Source of the DNA: Anaerolineae bacterium
GTDB taxonomy: Bacteria > Chloroflexota > Anaerolineae > Epilineales > JAHCIE01
Assembly (NCBI GenBank): GCA_046328535.1
Contig: JAXLWJ010000010.1
Location: 25,552-89,551, forward strand
DNA length: 64,000 nt
Reading direction: 5' to 3'
This document shows, piece by piece, positions 1 to 12,261 of this stretch. The notes under the pieces are model-generated. The model was not told the DNA's origin. It made no database searches and worked only from the letters and a program-made list of their open reading frames with translations. Made by a program: the position numbers and the translations under genes. Every line of letters starts with the position of its first letter. Position 1 is the first letter of the stretch.

Positions 1-1927
1 CGAGCGTCGGGTTGAGGCCGCCGAGGGGGATGCCGTTGCGCGTGAGGCTGTCAGGGTCAATGGCCGTGGTGGAGGTCACGGCGAACGATGCGCCGGCGGC
101 GCCGCTCACACGGTTGTTGAGAGTCTGAGTCGCCGTGACCCAGTGCCAACCATTCACGGCGATCGTCGTGGTCGGCGTGATGGCCCACGTGCGGTCGGCG
201 CGGACGACGGCGCTGCCGAGCTTCTGAGTCGGACCGGCGGCGCTGGCAGCCAGGTAGACCGACAACGTTGCGCCGGGTGTGCCAAGCCCTCGGAAGATCG
301 GGCGTGGGCCGACCATAGTGGTCTTTGGCGTGTAGATAGTCGGCCGGCTCAGGGGGACAATGTGCTCGACCTCGACCGCCTCGTTGTTGGACGGCTCGAT
401 GTCGGGCGCCTCGGCCGTGCCTGTAATAGTGGCCGTGGCAGTCATTAGACCCGAGTCGCGGATCGTGACGCGCACGGAAAACGGCGTCGCGGCAGTCTGA
501 CCATCCAGCAAGGGAATCTGCCACACTGCGGTATTGTTGCTGAACAACGTTGGCGGCGTCGCCCCAAAGTCGGGGTCGCTCACGCCATTCGGCAGTGTCA
601 GGGTCACGCGCGCCGGGGCGACATCGCCGACGCCGATATTTCCATAGGCGACCTGGTAGAATCGCTGGCCGCTGATCTCGTTGTCGCCAGTACTGACCAG
701 GCGCACATACATGTTGGGGCCTTGCCCCGGCGCGACCTGGGTGTCAGAGCTTTCGCTGTCTCGCTCCGGCTCACTGCCGACGACGTTGGCCATCGCGCCG
801 TTGATGCGCGCCGTCACTGAGATCGGCTGGCCCGGGGTTAGCGTATCGGCCAGGCGCAGCTGGGCGTAGATGCGCCCACTGCTGTCCGCCGCCAGCGTTC
901 CCAGGAAGAAGGAGACGACATTGCCGGCGACATTCGAGTTCAGCGTCGTTTGGCCGGAGTCATCCTCACGCGCGGCGGAGACGAACGTTGCCACGGTCGG
1001 GAGGTGCAGCGTGACCGTCACGTTCGGCGCGGCGACTTCGTCGGCGCGGTTGGCGTATTGGAGTGTGTACGTGACAACGCGGCCGGCCGCGAATGCGCCG
1101 CTGTCCTCGGACGGTCGCACACCGAGCGTCAGGCGCGGCACGGCGACCTGGCTGCTGTCCTCGGTATAGTGGTCACCCCGGCTATCGGCGTTGCTGGCTG
1201 AGATGCGCGCCGCCAGTATCACATCGCCGGTCGCAGGCAGCGGCGATGGCATTTGGACGCGCAGGTCTATCTGGTTCTCTGTGTCAGCTGCGACCGCGCC
1301 AAGAGCGTACACAAGGTCGGGGCCGACTTGGGACGAGGGTGGCAGGGGAACGCCGTGGCGCTGGGAAGAGAGCAGCGTTGCGCCAGACGGCAGCGTGACC
1401 GTCAGGACGGTGTTCTGCGCAATCGTCGAGTCGCTGCGGTTTTCGTAGATAATGTGATAGTCAATCGCCGCGCCGGGGGTGACCGGCTGGTCGCGGCTGG
1501 ATGTGACGGACAGCTCCGCCGGCTCGCCCGGCGGCGCCTGCCCCGTGACGTGAACCACGGCCGTCTCGCTCGCGTGGATCGCGCAGCTGTAGAGGAAGTC
1601 GCCCGCTGTATCGAAGGTACGCTCATACTTGTCGTTGGGGTGAAGGACTTGAGACGTCGGACCGCCGACGAACGCGACCTGGTGCGAGGCGCTGTCGGAG
1701 TTGTTCTCCCACACGACGAGGGATCCGGCAGCAATGGTGATGGCGCGCGGGACGAAGCCCGCGTCGGTGATCTGGATCGTGGTTTCGCGCGTCGGCCGCG
1801 CCTGAACCGTGGGAGCCGCGCGCAACGCTGTGAGCGCGACGACGGCGAGCACAAGTGGCGCTGCCATGAGGAGGGCAACGCGGATCAAGCGCGCCCGATG
1901 GGTAGAAGGTGTTCTTCGAAAAGTCAT
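1..1927 (-). CDS. Secreted/anchored cupredoxin-domain protein followed by repeated beta-sandwich (DUF11/CARDB-like) modules; C-terminus runs off the window
   Basis: Absent from the ORF track because this frame reaches no stop inside the window. Hand translation from the ATG at 1927 gives MTFRRTPSTHRARLIRVALLMAAPLVLAVVALTALRAAPTVQA (signal/anchor). It continues ...AGSLVVWENNSDSASHQVAF...FDTAGDFLYSCAIHASETAVVHV (cupredoxin His...Cys-x2-His pattern), then ...AIDYHIIYENRSDS...LTVTLPSGA (repeat-domain style). I hand-translated only 1927-1380 and 70-1. No complete minus ORF is listed in this frame, which fits one long open frame. Confidence 0.72.
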   Translation of the reverse strand, partial: MTFRRTPSTHRARLIRVALLMAAPLVLAVVALTALRAAPTVQARPTRETTIQITDAGFVPRAITIAAGSLVVWENNSDSASHQVAFVGGPTSQVLHPNDKYERTFDTAGDFLYSCAIHASETAVVHVTGQAPPGEPAELSVTSSRDQPVTPGAAIDYHIIYENRSDSTIAQNTVLTVTLPSGATLLSSQRHGVPLPPSSQVGPDLVYALGAVAADTENQIDLRVQMPSPLPATGDVILAARISASNADSRGDHYTEDSSQVAVPRLTLGVRPSEDSGAFAAGRVVTYTLQYANRADEVAAPNVTVTLHLPTVATFVSAAREDDSGQTTLNSNVAGNVVSFFLGTLAADSSGRIYAQLRLADTLTPGQPISVTARINGAMANVVGSEPERDSESSDTQVAPGQGPNMYVRLVSTGDNEISGQRFYQVAYGNIGVGDVAPARVTLTLPNGVSDPDFGATPPTLFSNNTAVWQIPLLDGQTAATPFSVRVTIRDSGLMTATATITGTAEAPDIEPSNNEAVEVEHIVPLSRPTIYTPKTTMVGPRPIFRGLGTPGATLSVYLAASAAGPTQKLGSAVVRADRTWAITPTTTIAVNGWHWVTATQTLNNRVSGAAGASFAVTSTTAIDPDSLTRNGIPLGGLNPTL

Positions 1928-2020
1928 GAGGCCTCACGTTCTGTGGCTGTGTGACTCATACGTTTGAGCGGGCCGCTCGGTTACCGCTATAGTGTGAATG
2001 ACGCCGCGCCATAGCCGTAG

Positions 2021-2665
2021 TTACGCGGGGTTGCGGGCGGAGATGTAGGCGCGGCGGCTCTGGTGTTCGACGTCGGGGTAGGGCGCGCGCTCGATGACCT
2101 CCTCGGCCACGAACCCGGCGTCTGTCAGATAGCCTACCATCGCGTCTGGCTGATAGAAGATGAAGTCAATGGCGACGGGCTGGCCCCACATCTCGTCGGG
2201 GCGCAGGACCTCGTCGCCCGCGTGAAAGGCCAGGAGCAGCGGCGCGCCCGGCCGCAGCACGCGGCGCATCTCTCGCAGCGCCGCCGTGACCTCGTCGCGC
2301 CCGATATGGATGATGCAGTAGAAGGCGGTCATGCCGGCCCAGGCGCTGTCCGGCTCGGCGAGCGCGAGCATGCTGCCTTCGCGGAACGGGATGGCCGGAT
2401 TCAGCCGCCGCGCCTGGGCCACCATGCCTGGCGACAGGTCCACGCCTATCACATCCACACCGCGCTCATGCAGGTAGCGGGCGACGTGGCCCGGCCCACA
2501 GCCCATGTCACGCACCGTCCCGCGCCCGCGCACATCGTCGGCGAAGCGGTCCAGGAGGGCGCGGTCGAGGGGCTTGTCGGCCAGCTCGCCGTAGATGTGC
2601 GCCACGTACTCGGCGGCGATGCGGTCGTAGCTGGCTTTCAGGTCGTCCGTTGTCTCAGTATCCAC
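2021..2665 (-). CDS. Class I SAM-dependent methyltransferase
   Basis: 214-aa ORF with the VRDMGCGPGHVARYL glycine-rich SAM motif followed by VIGVDLSPGMV. GTG start is preceded by AGGAGA. Confidence 0.85.
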   Translation of the reverse strand: MDTETTDDLKASYDRIAAEYVAHIYGELADKPLDRALLDRFADDVRGRGTVRDMGCGPGHVARYLHERGVDVIGVDLSPGMVAQARRLNPAIPFREGSMLALAEPDSAWAGMTAFYCIIHIGRDEVTAALREMRRVLRPGAPLLLAFHAGDEVLRPDEMWGQPVAIDFIFYQPDAMVGYLTDAGFVAEEVIERAPYPDVEHQSRRAYISARNPA

Positions 2666-2742
2666 GTCAGCGTTCTCCTACTTGACGGCTCTTTGCCCCG
2701 CGCCTACACTACCGACAGCGACCTTGAAAGGAACACAATCCC

Positions 2743-3870
2743 ATGCACGACGTGATTGTGGTTGGCGGTGGTATCGTTGGCGTCGCGGCAGCCTACTATC
2801 TGACACGGGGCGGCGCAGATACCCTGCTCATTGACCGCCCGGCGGCCGGCCGCGCGACGGACGCTGGCGCGGGCATCATCTCGCCGCAGACGAACTCCCG
2901 CGACCCCGGCCCGTGGTTCGACCTGGCGAGCGCCGCCGCCGCCGACTACCCGTCGCTCATCCAGAACCTGGCCGACGGGGGCGCGGGCGACACTGGCTTT
3001 GCCCGCGTCGGCCTGCTGCTCGTGGCGATGGACGCCCAGGACGCGGTGGCGTACGATGAGGCCAGCGCCCGCATCTTTGCCCGCCAGCGCGCCCGCGGCG
3101 AGCCGTCGGGCGACGACCTGCGCGAGGTGACGTCGGACGAGGCGCAGCGCCTATTCCCCTTGCTCGCACCTGTCACCCGCGCCCTGTATCACCGCCAGGC
3201 GGCGCGTCTCGACGGGCGGCTGCTGGCGCAGGCGCTACGCCGGGCGGCGCAGGAGGCGGGCCTGAACGTCCAGGCGGCGGCGGTCGAGGGCCTGGCGATC
3301 CGCGGGCGCGATGTCGGGGGCGTAGTCGTGGATGGGCAGCCCATCGTCGCGCGCAACGTCGTCATTGCCGGCGGCGCGTGGTCGGCGGCGTTCGGCGAAG
3401 CCCTCGACATCTCCATCCCGGTCGCGCCCCAGCGCGGCCAGATCATGCACCTGGGCCTGCCCACGGCCGATACGACGGGCTGGCCGGTGGTCAACAGCTT
3501 CCGCGGCCACTACATGGTTCCCTGGCCGAACCGCATGGTGGCGGGAGCCACGCGTGAGACCGGCGCCGGCTTTGCGCCCCACGTCACGGCGGGCGGCGTC
3601 GCGGAGGTGCTGCGGGAGGCGATGCGCGTCGCGCCCGGCCTGGCCGGGGCTACAGTGCTAGAGACGCGCGTCGGCCTGCGGCCCCTGTCCGCCGATGGCC
3701 TGGCGGTGCTGGGCGCTGTGCCGGGCGTTGGCGGCGTCTACCTGGCGACGGGGCATGGCCCGACGGGGCTGACGCTGGGGCCGTTCAGCGGGAAGCTCGT
3801 TGCCCAGATGATCCTGGGTCAGCCGCTCTCCGCCGACATCACGCCTTTCTCAGTATCCCGCTTCTCGTGA
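2743..3870 (+). CDS. FAD-dependent oxidoreductase (DAO / glycine-oxidase-like family)
   Basis: N-terminal dinucleotide fold HDVIVVGGGIVGVAAAYYL and 375-aa length typical of the DAO family. Confidence 0.8.
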   Translation: MHDVIVVGGGIVGVAAAYYLTRGGADTLLIDRPAAGRATDAGAGIISPQTNSRDPGPWFDLASAAAADYPSLIQNLADGGAGDTGFARVGLLLVAMDAQDAVAYDEASARIFARQRARGEPSGDDLREVTSDEAQRLFPLLAPVTRALYHRQAARLDGRLLAQALRRAAQEAGLNVQAAAVEGLAIRGRDVGGVVVDGQPIVARNVVIAGGAWSAAFGEALDISIPVAPQRGQIMHLGLPTADTTGWPVVNSFRGHYMVPWPNRMVAGATRETGAGFAPHVTAGGVAEVLREAMRVAPGLAGATVLETRVGLRPLSADGLAVLGAVPGVGGVYLATGHGPTGLTLGPFSGKLVAQMILGQPLSADITPFSVSRFS

Positions 3871-3923
3871 CAACTCTGCATTGATTATAACATCACACCC
3901 GTCTGGCGCTAAGAGAGGTTGAC

Positions 3924-3965
3924 CACGGAATACACGGAATACACGGAATGAAGAGAAGGGAGAGG
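3924..3965. repeat. Purine-rich tandem repeat (cacggaata x3) ending in gaagagaagggagagg; half-copy of the purine-rich hairpin family
   Basis: Direct reading: cacggaatacacggaatacacggaatgaagagaagggagagg. A related sequence (gaccacggaacagagggaacacacggacagggaaa) lies at 49726-49760. Confidence 0.6.
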
Positions 3966-3977
3966 CAGAGACCTACG

Positions 3978-4005
3978 TTGACGCAGTGCGAAACGGTGCT
4001 ATAAT
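3978..4005 (+). promoter_or_regulatory. Sigma70-like promoter candidate (TTGACG-N16-TATAAT) upstream of the TPP-enzyme gene
   Basis: ttgacg at 3978-3983, a 16-nt spacer and tataat at 4000-4005, about 30 nt upstream of the first in-frame ATG. Confidence 0.5.
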
Positions 4006-4034
4006 CCCTGTATCGCCACCGAAAGTTGAGTCCC

Positions 4035-5642
4035 ATGCCCATGTCCCGAATGACCGGCGGCCAGGCGGTTGTCCAGACTCTCAAGCACGAGGGTGTTGAC
4101 GTCGTTTTCGGCATCGCCTCTGTCCACATGCTCCCCGTCTACGACGCCTTGCGGGATGAGCCGTCGCTCCGCCTCGTCGTTCCGCGCCACGAGATGGCCG
4201 GTGGGTTCATGGCCGACGGCTACAGCCGCGTGAGCGGCCGCCCCGGCGTCTACCTGACGAGCACCGGGCCGGGCGCAGCCAACAGCGCCGGCGCCGTCGT
4301 CGAGTCGTGGATTAGCAGCACGCGCACGCTCCAGCTCACCGGCCAGGTCGAGAGCGCCTACCTCGACCGCGGTTTGGGCGTTCTCCACGAAGTACCAAAC
4401 CAGCTCGGCATGTTCGACGCCATGGGCGCCTGCACCCGGCGCATCGCCCGGCCGGAGGATGCGCCGCGCGCGCTTCACGAAGCGTTCTATACCTTGCGCG
4501 TCCGACGCCCCAGGCCCTACGTCCTCGAAATGCCGATAGACCAGCAGTTCGCCGAGGCCGAGATCGCCCTCGACGCCCCCTATGCCGTCAACCGCCCCGC
4601 GCCACTCGACGCGGATCTGGATCGCGCGGCGGACATTCTGCGGGCAGCGCGGCGGCCGGTGCTGTGGGTGGGCGGTGGGGTCAATGCGGCCGGCGCCCAC
4701 GCCGAGCTGCGCCGACTGGCGGAGCGGCTGGGCGCGCCCATCTTCTACACGCGCGGCGGGCGCGGCGCGATCCCCGACGACCATCCCCTGGTCATTGGCA
4801 ACTACACGTCGGACGCGGCGGCGCGGGCGTTCATCGAGGCGTCGGACGGCCTTGTCGCCGTCGGCACGCGCTTCGGCCACAGCTCGACGGCTTCCTGGCA
4901 GCTCCGTCTGCCCGCCAACACAGTCCGCATTGACCTCGACGCGGCGCAAGCGCGACGCGAGCCAGCGGCGGTGACGATGGTCGCCGACGAGGGCGCGGGG
5001 CTGGCCGGGCTGGCGGAGCGCCTCGGCGACGGGGGCGGGGCCAATGGGGCCTACGCGGCGGAGTTCGCGGCGCTCCGTGAGACGCTGCGGGCCGGGGCGC
5101 GCGCTCGCTGGCCCTTGAACACGGCGATCATGGACACCCTGCGCGCGGTCGCGCCGCGCGAGACGATTTTCGCCGCCGACTCGACACTGCCCGCCTACTG
5201 GGGCGCGCATCAGTATCTGCCGGTCTACGCGCAGCGGGGCTACCTCTACGCCCGCAGCGTGGCGATTGGCCCTGGCTACCCGCTGGCGCTGGGCGCGCAG
5301 CTCGCCGCGCCGGACCAGCCCGTTGTGTGCATCGCCGGCGACGGCGGTTTCGTGATGCACGCGACAGAGATGGCGACGGCAGTCGAGAACGACCTGCCGG
5401 TCGTGCTGTGCCTGTTCAACAATGGGGGCTACGGCATGATCCGCCATCTCCAGAACCGCCAGATGGAGGGGCGGCAGATCGGCGTTGACCTGCACACGCC
5501 CGATTTCGTCAAGCTCGCCGACGCTTTCGGCGTCGCCGCCGAGCGTGTCACCGATACGGCGACTCTCGCGCCGGCCCTGGAGCGCGCCTTCGCCGCGCGC
5601 CGGCCGGTGTTGCTCGACTTGCAGATACCCTTCGACTCGTAG
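4035..5642 (+). CDS. Thiamine-diphosphate-dependent enzyme (acetolactate synthase / benzoylformate decarboxylase-like)
   Basis: N-terminus GGQAVVQTLKHEGVDVVFGI and C-terminal TPP motif IAGDGGFVMHATEMATAVENDLPVVLCLFNNGGYG. Start is ambiguous among TTG 4026 and ATG 4035, 4041 and 4050. Confidence 0.85.
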   Translation: MPMSRMTGGQAVVQTLKHEGVDVVFGIASVHMLPVYDALRDEPSLRLVVPRHEMAGGFMADGYSRVSGRPGVYLTSTGPGAANSAGAVVESWISSTRTLQLTGQVESAYLDRGLGVLHEVPNQLGMFDAMGACTRRIARPEDAPRALHEAFYTLRVRRPRPYVLEMPIDQQFAEAEIALDAPYAVNRPAPLDADLDRAADILRAARRPVLWVGGGVNAAGAHAELRRLAERLGAPIFYTRGGRGAIPDDHPLVIGNYTSDAAARAFIEASDGLVAVGTRFGHSSTASWQLRLPANTVRIDLDAAQARREPAAVTMVADEGAGLAGLAERLGDGGGANGAYAAEFAALRETLRAGARARWPLNTAIMDTLRAVAPRETIFAADSTLPAYWGAHQYLPVYAQRGYLYARSVAIGPGYPLALGAQLAAPDQPVVCIAGDGGFVMHATEMATAVENDLPVVLCLFNNGGYGMIRHLQNRQMEGRQIGVDLHTPDFVKLADAFGVAAERVTDTATLAPALERAFAARRPVLLDLQIPFDS

Positions 5643-5776
5643 CCGCAGCCGCGTCCCGCATCCGATGTCTCGACGAACGAGGCGCCTTTCAATGTCGAAG
5701 CTCCGAGTCTCCTCCATCTCGTCCGCGATGGTCACCTTCTGCGGGCCATTGCCTATAATATAGTAACGGAGACACT

Positions 5777-6802
5777 ATGCGGCTTGGTCTAAACCTGGGA
5801 TATTGGGGCGCGGCCCCCGTGGATCAACTGGCGCTGGCGATGGAAGCGGACCGCCTCGGCTATCATTCGTTGTGGACGGCCGAAGCGTACGGCTCCGACG
5901 CGGTCACGCCGCTGACCTGGCTGGCCGCCAAGACGGAGCGCATCGGCGTCGGGACGGCCATTATGCAGATGCCGGCGCGGACGCCGGCGATGACGGCCAT
6001 GACCGCCGCCACGCTCGACATGCTCACCCAGGGGCGTGTCCTGCTCGGCCTCGGCGCGTCCGGCCCGCAGGTCGTCGAGGGCTGGCACGGCGTCGTCTAC
6101 GGCAACGCTCTCAAGCGCACCCGCGAATACGTCCACATTGTGCGCACGATCCTCAGGCGCGAGGAACCGCTGGAGTTCCACGGCGAGTACTACGACATCC
6201 CTGTCCCCGACGGCACCGGACTCGGCAAGCCCCTCAAGCTCATCATTCACCCCCTGCGCGCCAACATCCCCATCTACCTCGCGGCCATCGGGCCGAAGAA
6301 CATCGCCCTCGCCGCTGAGATCGCCGACGGCTGGCTGCCGGTGTTCTTCTCGCCGTTTCGCATGTCTGTCTTCCGCGACTCCTTGAACGAGGGGTTGGCG
6401 AAAGCTGGCAGCGGCAAGACCCTCGCCGACCTGGACATTGCGCCGACGGTGCAGGTGGCGATGGGGCCAGACCTGGACGCCTGCCGCGCCATGGTCAAGC
6501 CGTTCGTCGCCCTCTACATGGGCGGGATGGGGGCTAAGGGGAAGAATTTCTACAATGACCTGGCGCGCCGCTACGGCTTCGAAGAGGCGGCGGAGCGCGT
6601 CCAGGACCTGTACCTGGGTGGCCGCAAGAACGAAGCGATCGCCGCTGTCCCCGATGAGCTGGTGGACGAAGTGGCGCTCGTTGGCCCCAAGGAGCGCATC
6701 GCCGAACGACTAACCGCCTGGCGCGACTCGGGCGTGCAAACCCTGATCTGTGGCACCTTCGACGTCAACACTCTGCGCGCGATGGCAGAGCTCGTTTCGT
6801 AA
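5777..6802 (+). CDS. LLM-class F420-dependent oxidoreductase (luciferase-like, Rv3520c-type)
   Basis: [10 protein letters not shown]...[16 protein letters not shown]...[17 protein letters not shown]...[12 protein letters not shown] are hallmark strings of this luciferase-like subfamily. Confidence 0.8.
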   Translation: MRLGLNLGYWGAAPVDQLALAMEADRLGYHSLWTAEAYGSDAVTPLTWLAAKTERIGVGTAIMQMPARTPAMTAMTAATLDMLTQGRVLLGLGASGPQVVEGWHGVVYGNALKRTREYVHIVRTILRREEPLEFHGEYYDIPVPDGTGLGKPLKLIIHPLRANIPIYLAAIGPKNIALAAEIADGWLPVFFSPFRMSVFRDSLNEGLAKAGSGKTLADLDIAPTVQVAMGPDLDACRAMVKPFVALYMGGMGAKGKNFYNDLARRYGFEEAAERVQDLYLGGRKNEAIAAVPDELVDEVALVGPKERIAERLTAWRDSGVQTLICGTFDVNTLRAMAELVS

Positions 6803-6844
6803 ATGACCTATCCGATACCATTCATTCTCTGGAGGTGACTAACG

Positions 6845-8173
<1,329 letters not shown>

Positions 8174-8193
8174 ACGAGCCGCGGAGATAGACT

Positions 8194-9183
8194 ATGCGCG
8201 CCTGGCAGGTGACCGAGTGGTGCGAGCCGGAAGGCATGACCCTGGCCGACGTGGCCGTACCCGAACCGGGCGCCGGCCAGGTGCGCATCCAGACCAGGGC
8301 GGCGGCCCTCAACTTCTTCGACATCCTTGAGATTGCCGGGAAGTACCAGGTGCGGCCGCCTTTCCCCTTTACCCCTGGCGCCGAGGTCGGCGGCGTCGTG
8401 GACGCGGTCGGCCCCGGCGGGGCCGGCCTCGCCGTCGGCGACCGCGTTCTGGCGATGACCTGGCTCGGCGGCTTCGGCGAGTTCTGCCTCGCGCCCGCCC
8501 GCATGACCTTCCCCATTCCCGACAGCATGAGTTTCGTCGAAGCCGCGGCGATGCCCATCGTCTATCAAACCGGCTATCTGGCGCTGACGGTGCGCGGCGC
8601 GTTGCAGCCCGGCGAGTGGCTCCTGGTCCACGCGGCGGCCGGCGGCGTCGGCAGCGCGGCGGTGCAGCTCGGCAAGGCGATGGGCGCGCGCGTCATCGGC
8701 ACGGCCGGCAGCGATGAGAAGCTGGACTTCGTGCGCGCCCAGGGCGCGGACCACGCCCTGAGCTACCGCGACGAGGGTTGGGTCAAGCGGGTGATGGAGA
8801 TCACGGGGAGTGGGACCAACGTCATCTACGATCCGGTGGGTGGCGACATCTTCGACCTGTCCACGAAGTGCATCGCGCCGGAAGGGCGGCTGCTGGTCAT
8901 CGGCTTCGCCGGCGGCCGCATCTCGTCCGTCGCCGCCAACCGCCTGCTGCTCAAGAGTATGTCGGCCATCGGCGTTTACTGGGGCGGCTACATCGAGCGG
9001 CGTCCGGCGTTCGTCGCCGAGGCGCAGGCGGCGCTGTTCGATATGTACACGCGGGGGCAGATCAGGCCCGCCGTCTCGAAGGTGTACCGCCTGGACGAGG
9101 TCCCCCAGGCCATGCGCTCCCTGGCCGGACGGCAGACCGTCGGCAAAGTCGTGGTGGAGATGAACGACGACGTGTTGGTGTAG
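8194..9183 (+). CDS. NADPH:quinone oxidoreductase / zeta-crystallin-type MDR family protein
   Basis: 329 aa with LVHAAAGGVGSAAVQLGKAMGARVIGTAGS cofactor motif and no structural-zinc Cys cluster. Confidence 0.8.
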   Translation: MRAWQVTEWCEPEGMTLADVAVPEPGAGQVRIQTRAAALNFFDILEIAGKYQVRPPFPFTPGAEVGGVVDAVGPGGAGLAVGDRVLAMTWLGGFGEFCLAPARMTFPIPDSMSFVEAAAMPIVYQTGYLALTVRGALQPGEWLLVHAAAGGVGSAAVQLGKAMGARVIGTAGSDEKLDFVRAQGADHALSYRDEGWVKRVMEITGSGTNVIYDPVGGDIFDLSTKCIAPEGRLLVIGFAGGRISSVAANRLLLKSMSAIGVYWGGYIERRPAFVAEAQAALFDMYTRGQIRPAVSKVYRLDEVPQAMRSLAGRQTVGKVVVEMNDDVLV

Positions 9184-9289
9184 CTGTCGCCCTGAGTGCA
9201 ACGAAGGGCCTCCAGAAGCGTCGGGGATGCTTCGCTTTGCTCAGCATGACGACATGGCCTGTCATTGGGTAGTAGGAGGAACGCGCGTG

Positions 9290-9856
9290 ATGATTGTCGT
9301 GCCGCACCTGACGGACGAACAGTTCGAGGAGTTCTGCCAACGTAACCAGGACGTGCGCGTCGAGCGCACGTCGCACGGGGACCTCATCATCATGCCACCC
9401 ACCGGCGGAGCGACAGGCAACCGAAGCGCGGCGCTCATCACCATGCTGACCGTCTGGGCGTGGCAGGACGGCAGCGGCGAGACATTCGACTCCTCAACGG
9501 GCTTCGACCTCCCCAACGGCGCGACACGGTCGCCAGACGCAGCGTGGGTGAGCAAAGAGCGATTGGCGAGCCTCTTCCCGGCGGCGCGCGGCCGCTTCCT
9601 GCCGCTCTGCCCGGAGTTCGTGGCCGAGCTGCGCTCGCCCTCCGACGACCTGGCTGAGCTACAAGACAAGATGCAGGAGTACATCGAGAATGGCGCGCAG
9701 CTGGCGTGGCTGATTGACCCGGCCTATCGGCGCGTCTATGTCTACCGGCCCGATCTACCTGTGGAGGCGATGCGCGAGCCGTCGGCGGTGTCGGGCGAGC
9801 CGGTTCTGCCGGGTTTCGTTCTGGATCTGGCGCGGCTGTGGCGGTCGCTGGATTGA
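9290..9856 (+). CDS. Uma2-family (DUF820) restriction-endonuclease-fold protein
   Basis: TDEQFEEF...ERTSHGDLIIMPPTG...PDAAWV...PEFVAELRSPSD...KMQEYIENGAQLAWLIDP pattern. Start is ATG 9290 or GTG 9287, after AGGAGGA. The 9227 extension crosses a repeat-like spacer. Confidence 0.75.
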   Translation: MIVVPHLTDEQFEEFCQRNQDVRVERTSHGDLIIMPPTGGATGNRSAALITMLTVWAWQDGSGETFDSSTGFDLPNGATRSPDAAWVSKERLASLFPAARGRFLPLCPEFVAELRSPSDDLAELQDKMQEYIENGAQLAWLIDPAYRRVYVYRPDLPVEAMREPSAVSGEPVLPGFVLDLARLWRSLD

Positions 9857-9879
9857 TAGGTGAGGTGCAAGAGCAAGCT

Positions 9880-10260
9880 ATGGACGAGAAGGTACGCGAA
9901 GCGTTGGCGACGGGACGCACGATTGACATCACGACTATTGGGCGCAAGAGCGGCGAACCGCGCCGCATCGAAATCTGGTTCCACAACGTGGACGGCCACC
10001 TGTACATCACCGGCACGCCCGGCCACCGCGACTGGTACGCCAACCTGGTCGCCCACCCCGACTTCACCTTCCACGTGAAGGAGGGCGCGCAGGCGGACCT
10101 GCCAGCGCGCGCCCGCCCCATCACCGACCCGGCGGAGAAACGCGCGACGCTCGTGCCGATCCTGACGCGGCTCGGGCGGCAGGCCGACATCGAGCGTTGG
10201 GTGGAGGAAAGTCCGCTAGTCGAGGTGACGATTCTCGAGGACGGCGCCGCCAGCCCATGA
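9880..10260 (+). CDS. Deazaflavin (F420H2)-dependent nitroreductase-family oxidoreductase
   Basis: TTIGRKSGEPRRIEIWFHNVDGHLYITGTPGHRDWYANLVAHPDF is characteristic of the family. ATG 9880 is chosen after the stop of the upstream gene at 9856. Confidence 0.75.
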   Translation: MDEKVREALATGRTIDITTIGRKSGEPRRIEIWFHNVDGHLYITGTPGHRDWYANLVAHPDFTFHVKEGAQADLPARARPITDPAEKRATLVPILTRLGRQADIERWVEESPLVEVTILEDGAASP

Positions 10261-10976
10261 GCCACCTGGTCCTCGTGCGCCACGGCCAGGCCAGCATGTT
10301 CGCGGACGACTACGACCATCTCTCGCCGGCGGGCGAGGCGCAGTCGCGCTGCCTCGGCCACTACTGGCTGCGCCACGGCGTGACCTTCGACATGATCTAC
10401 GTCGGCCCGCGCCGCCGCCAGCAGGGGACGGAGGCCGTAGTGCGCCAGGTGTTCGCCGACGCCGGGCGGCCCTGGCCGGATGCGGCCATCCTGGCTGGGT
10501 TGGATGAGTACGACGGCGACGGCGTCCTGCGCGAATTCCTGCCCGTCCTGGTCGAGCGCGACGTGGAGATTCGGCGGCTGGCGGCGGCCTGGGAGCAGCA
10601 CCGCGACGGCCCGGAGCGCTACCGCCATTTCCAGCGGCTGTTCCAGGCGGTGATGGCGTACTGGGTGGCGGGCGATGTGGCGTCGCCGCTGGTCGAGTCG
10701 TGGTCGGCATTCCACGGCCGCGTCACCCGGTCGTTGCGGCAGATTATGGCGAACGCGGGGGGCGGGCGGCGCGTGGCCGTCTTTACATCCGGCGGTGTCA
10801 TCTCGGTCGCCGTTCAGCTGGCAATGCGCGCCCCCGCGCCCCTCGCCATCGAGCTGAACTGGCGCATCCGCAACGGCTCCCTCACCGAGATGGTGTTCTC
10901 CCGCGACAAAGTGACGCTGGACACGCTCAACACCATCCCCCATCTCGACGATCCGGCTTTGTGGACGTACCGCTGA
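10257..10976 (+). CDS. Histidine phosphatase (phosphoglycerate-mutase-like) family protein
   Basis: MSHLVLVRHGQ (RHG motif). ATGA overlap with the upstream stop. Confidence 0.8.
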   Translation: MSHLVLVRHGQASMFADDYDHLSPAGEAQSRCLGHYWLRHGVTFDMIYVGPRRRQQGTEAVVRQVFADAGRPWPDAAILAGLDEYDGDGVLREFLPVLVERDVEIRRLAAAWEQHRDGPERYRHFQRLFQAVMAYWVAGDVASPLVESWSAFHGRVTRSLRQIMANAGGGRRVAVFTSGGVISVAVQLAMRAPAPLAIELNWRIRNGSLTEMVFSRDKVTLDTLNTIPHLDDPALWTYR

Positions 10977-11006
10977 ATCTCAATCAATGTCGAAAGGATT
11001 GCGGCG

Positions 11007-12206
<1,200 letters not shown>

Positions 12207-12261
12207 CATGCGAAGTATCAGTGTACAGGGGCGTTGTCATTCTGCGTCATGAGAGGAAAGG

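Noticed and set aside
3924-3960. Possible CRISPR-like array (cacggaata x3)
   Set aside because: The units are 9 nt, directly abutting with no spacers. This is a simple tandem repeat belonging to the purine-rich hairpin family.
3999-5735. 578-aa minus-strand ORF
   Set aside because: Antisense shadow of the TPP-enzyme gene. The translation is Arg/Ala/Gly-rich low complexity with no motifs, as expected in GC-rich DNA.
9215-9260. Short repeat-like spacer sequences (MLRFAQHD-type at 9215-9260; CFGGKARLAMT-type at 25070-25180)
   Set aside because: They share only an 11-mer (gtcatgctgag) in opposite orientation. This is too little within the window to define a repeat family, although they resemble spurious-ORF-generating repeats seen in many genomes.
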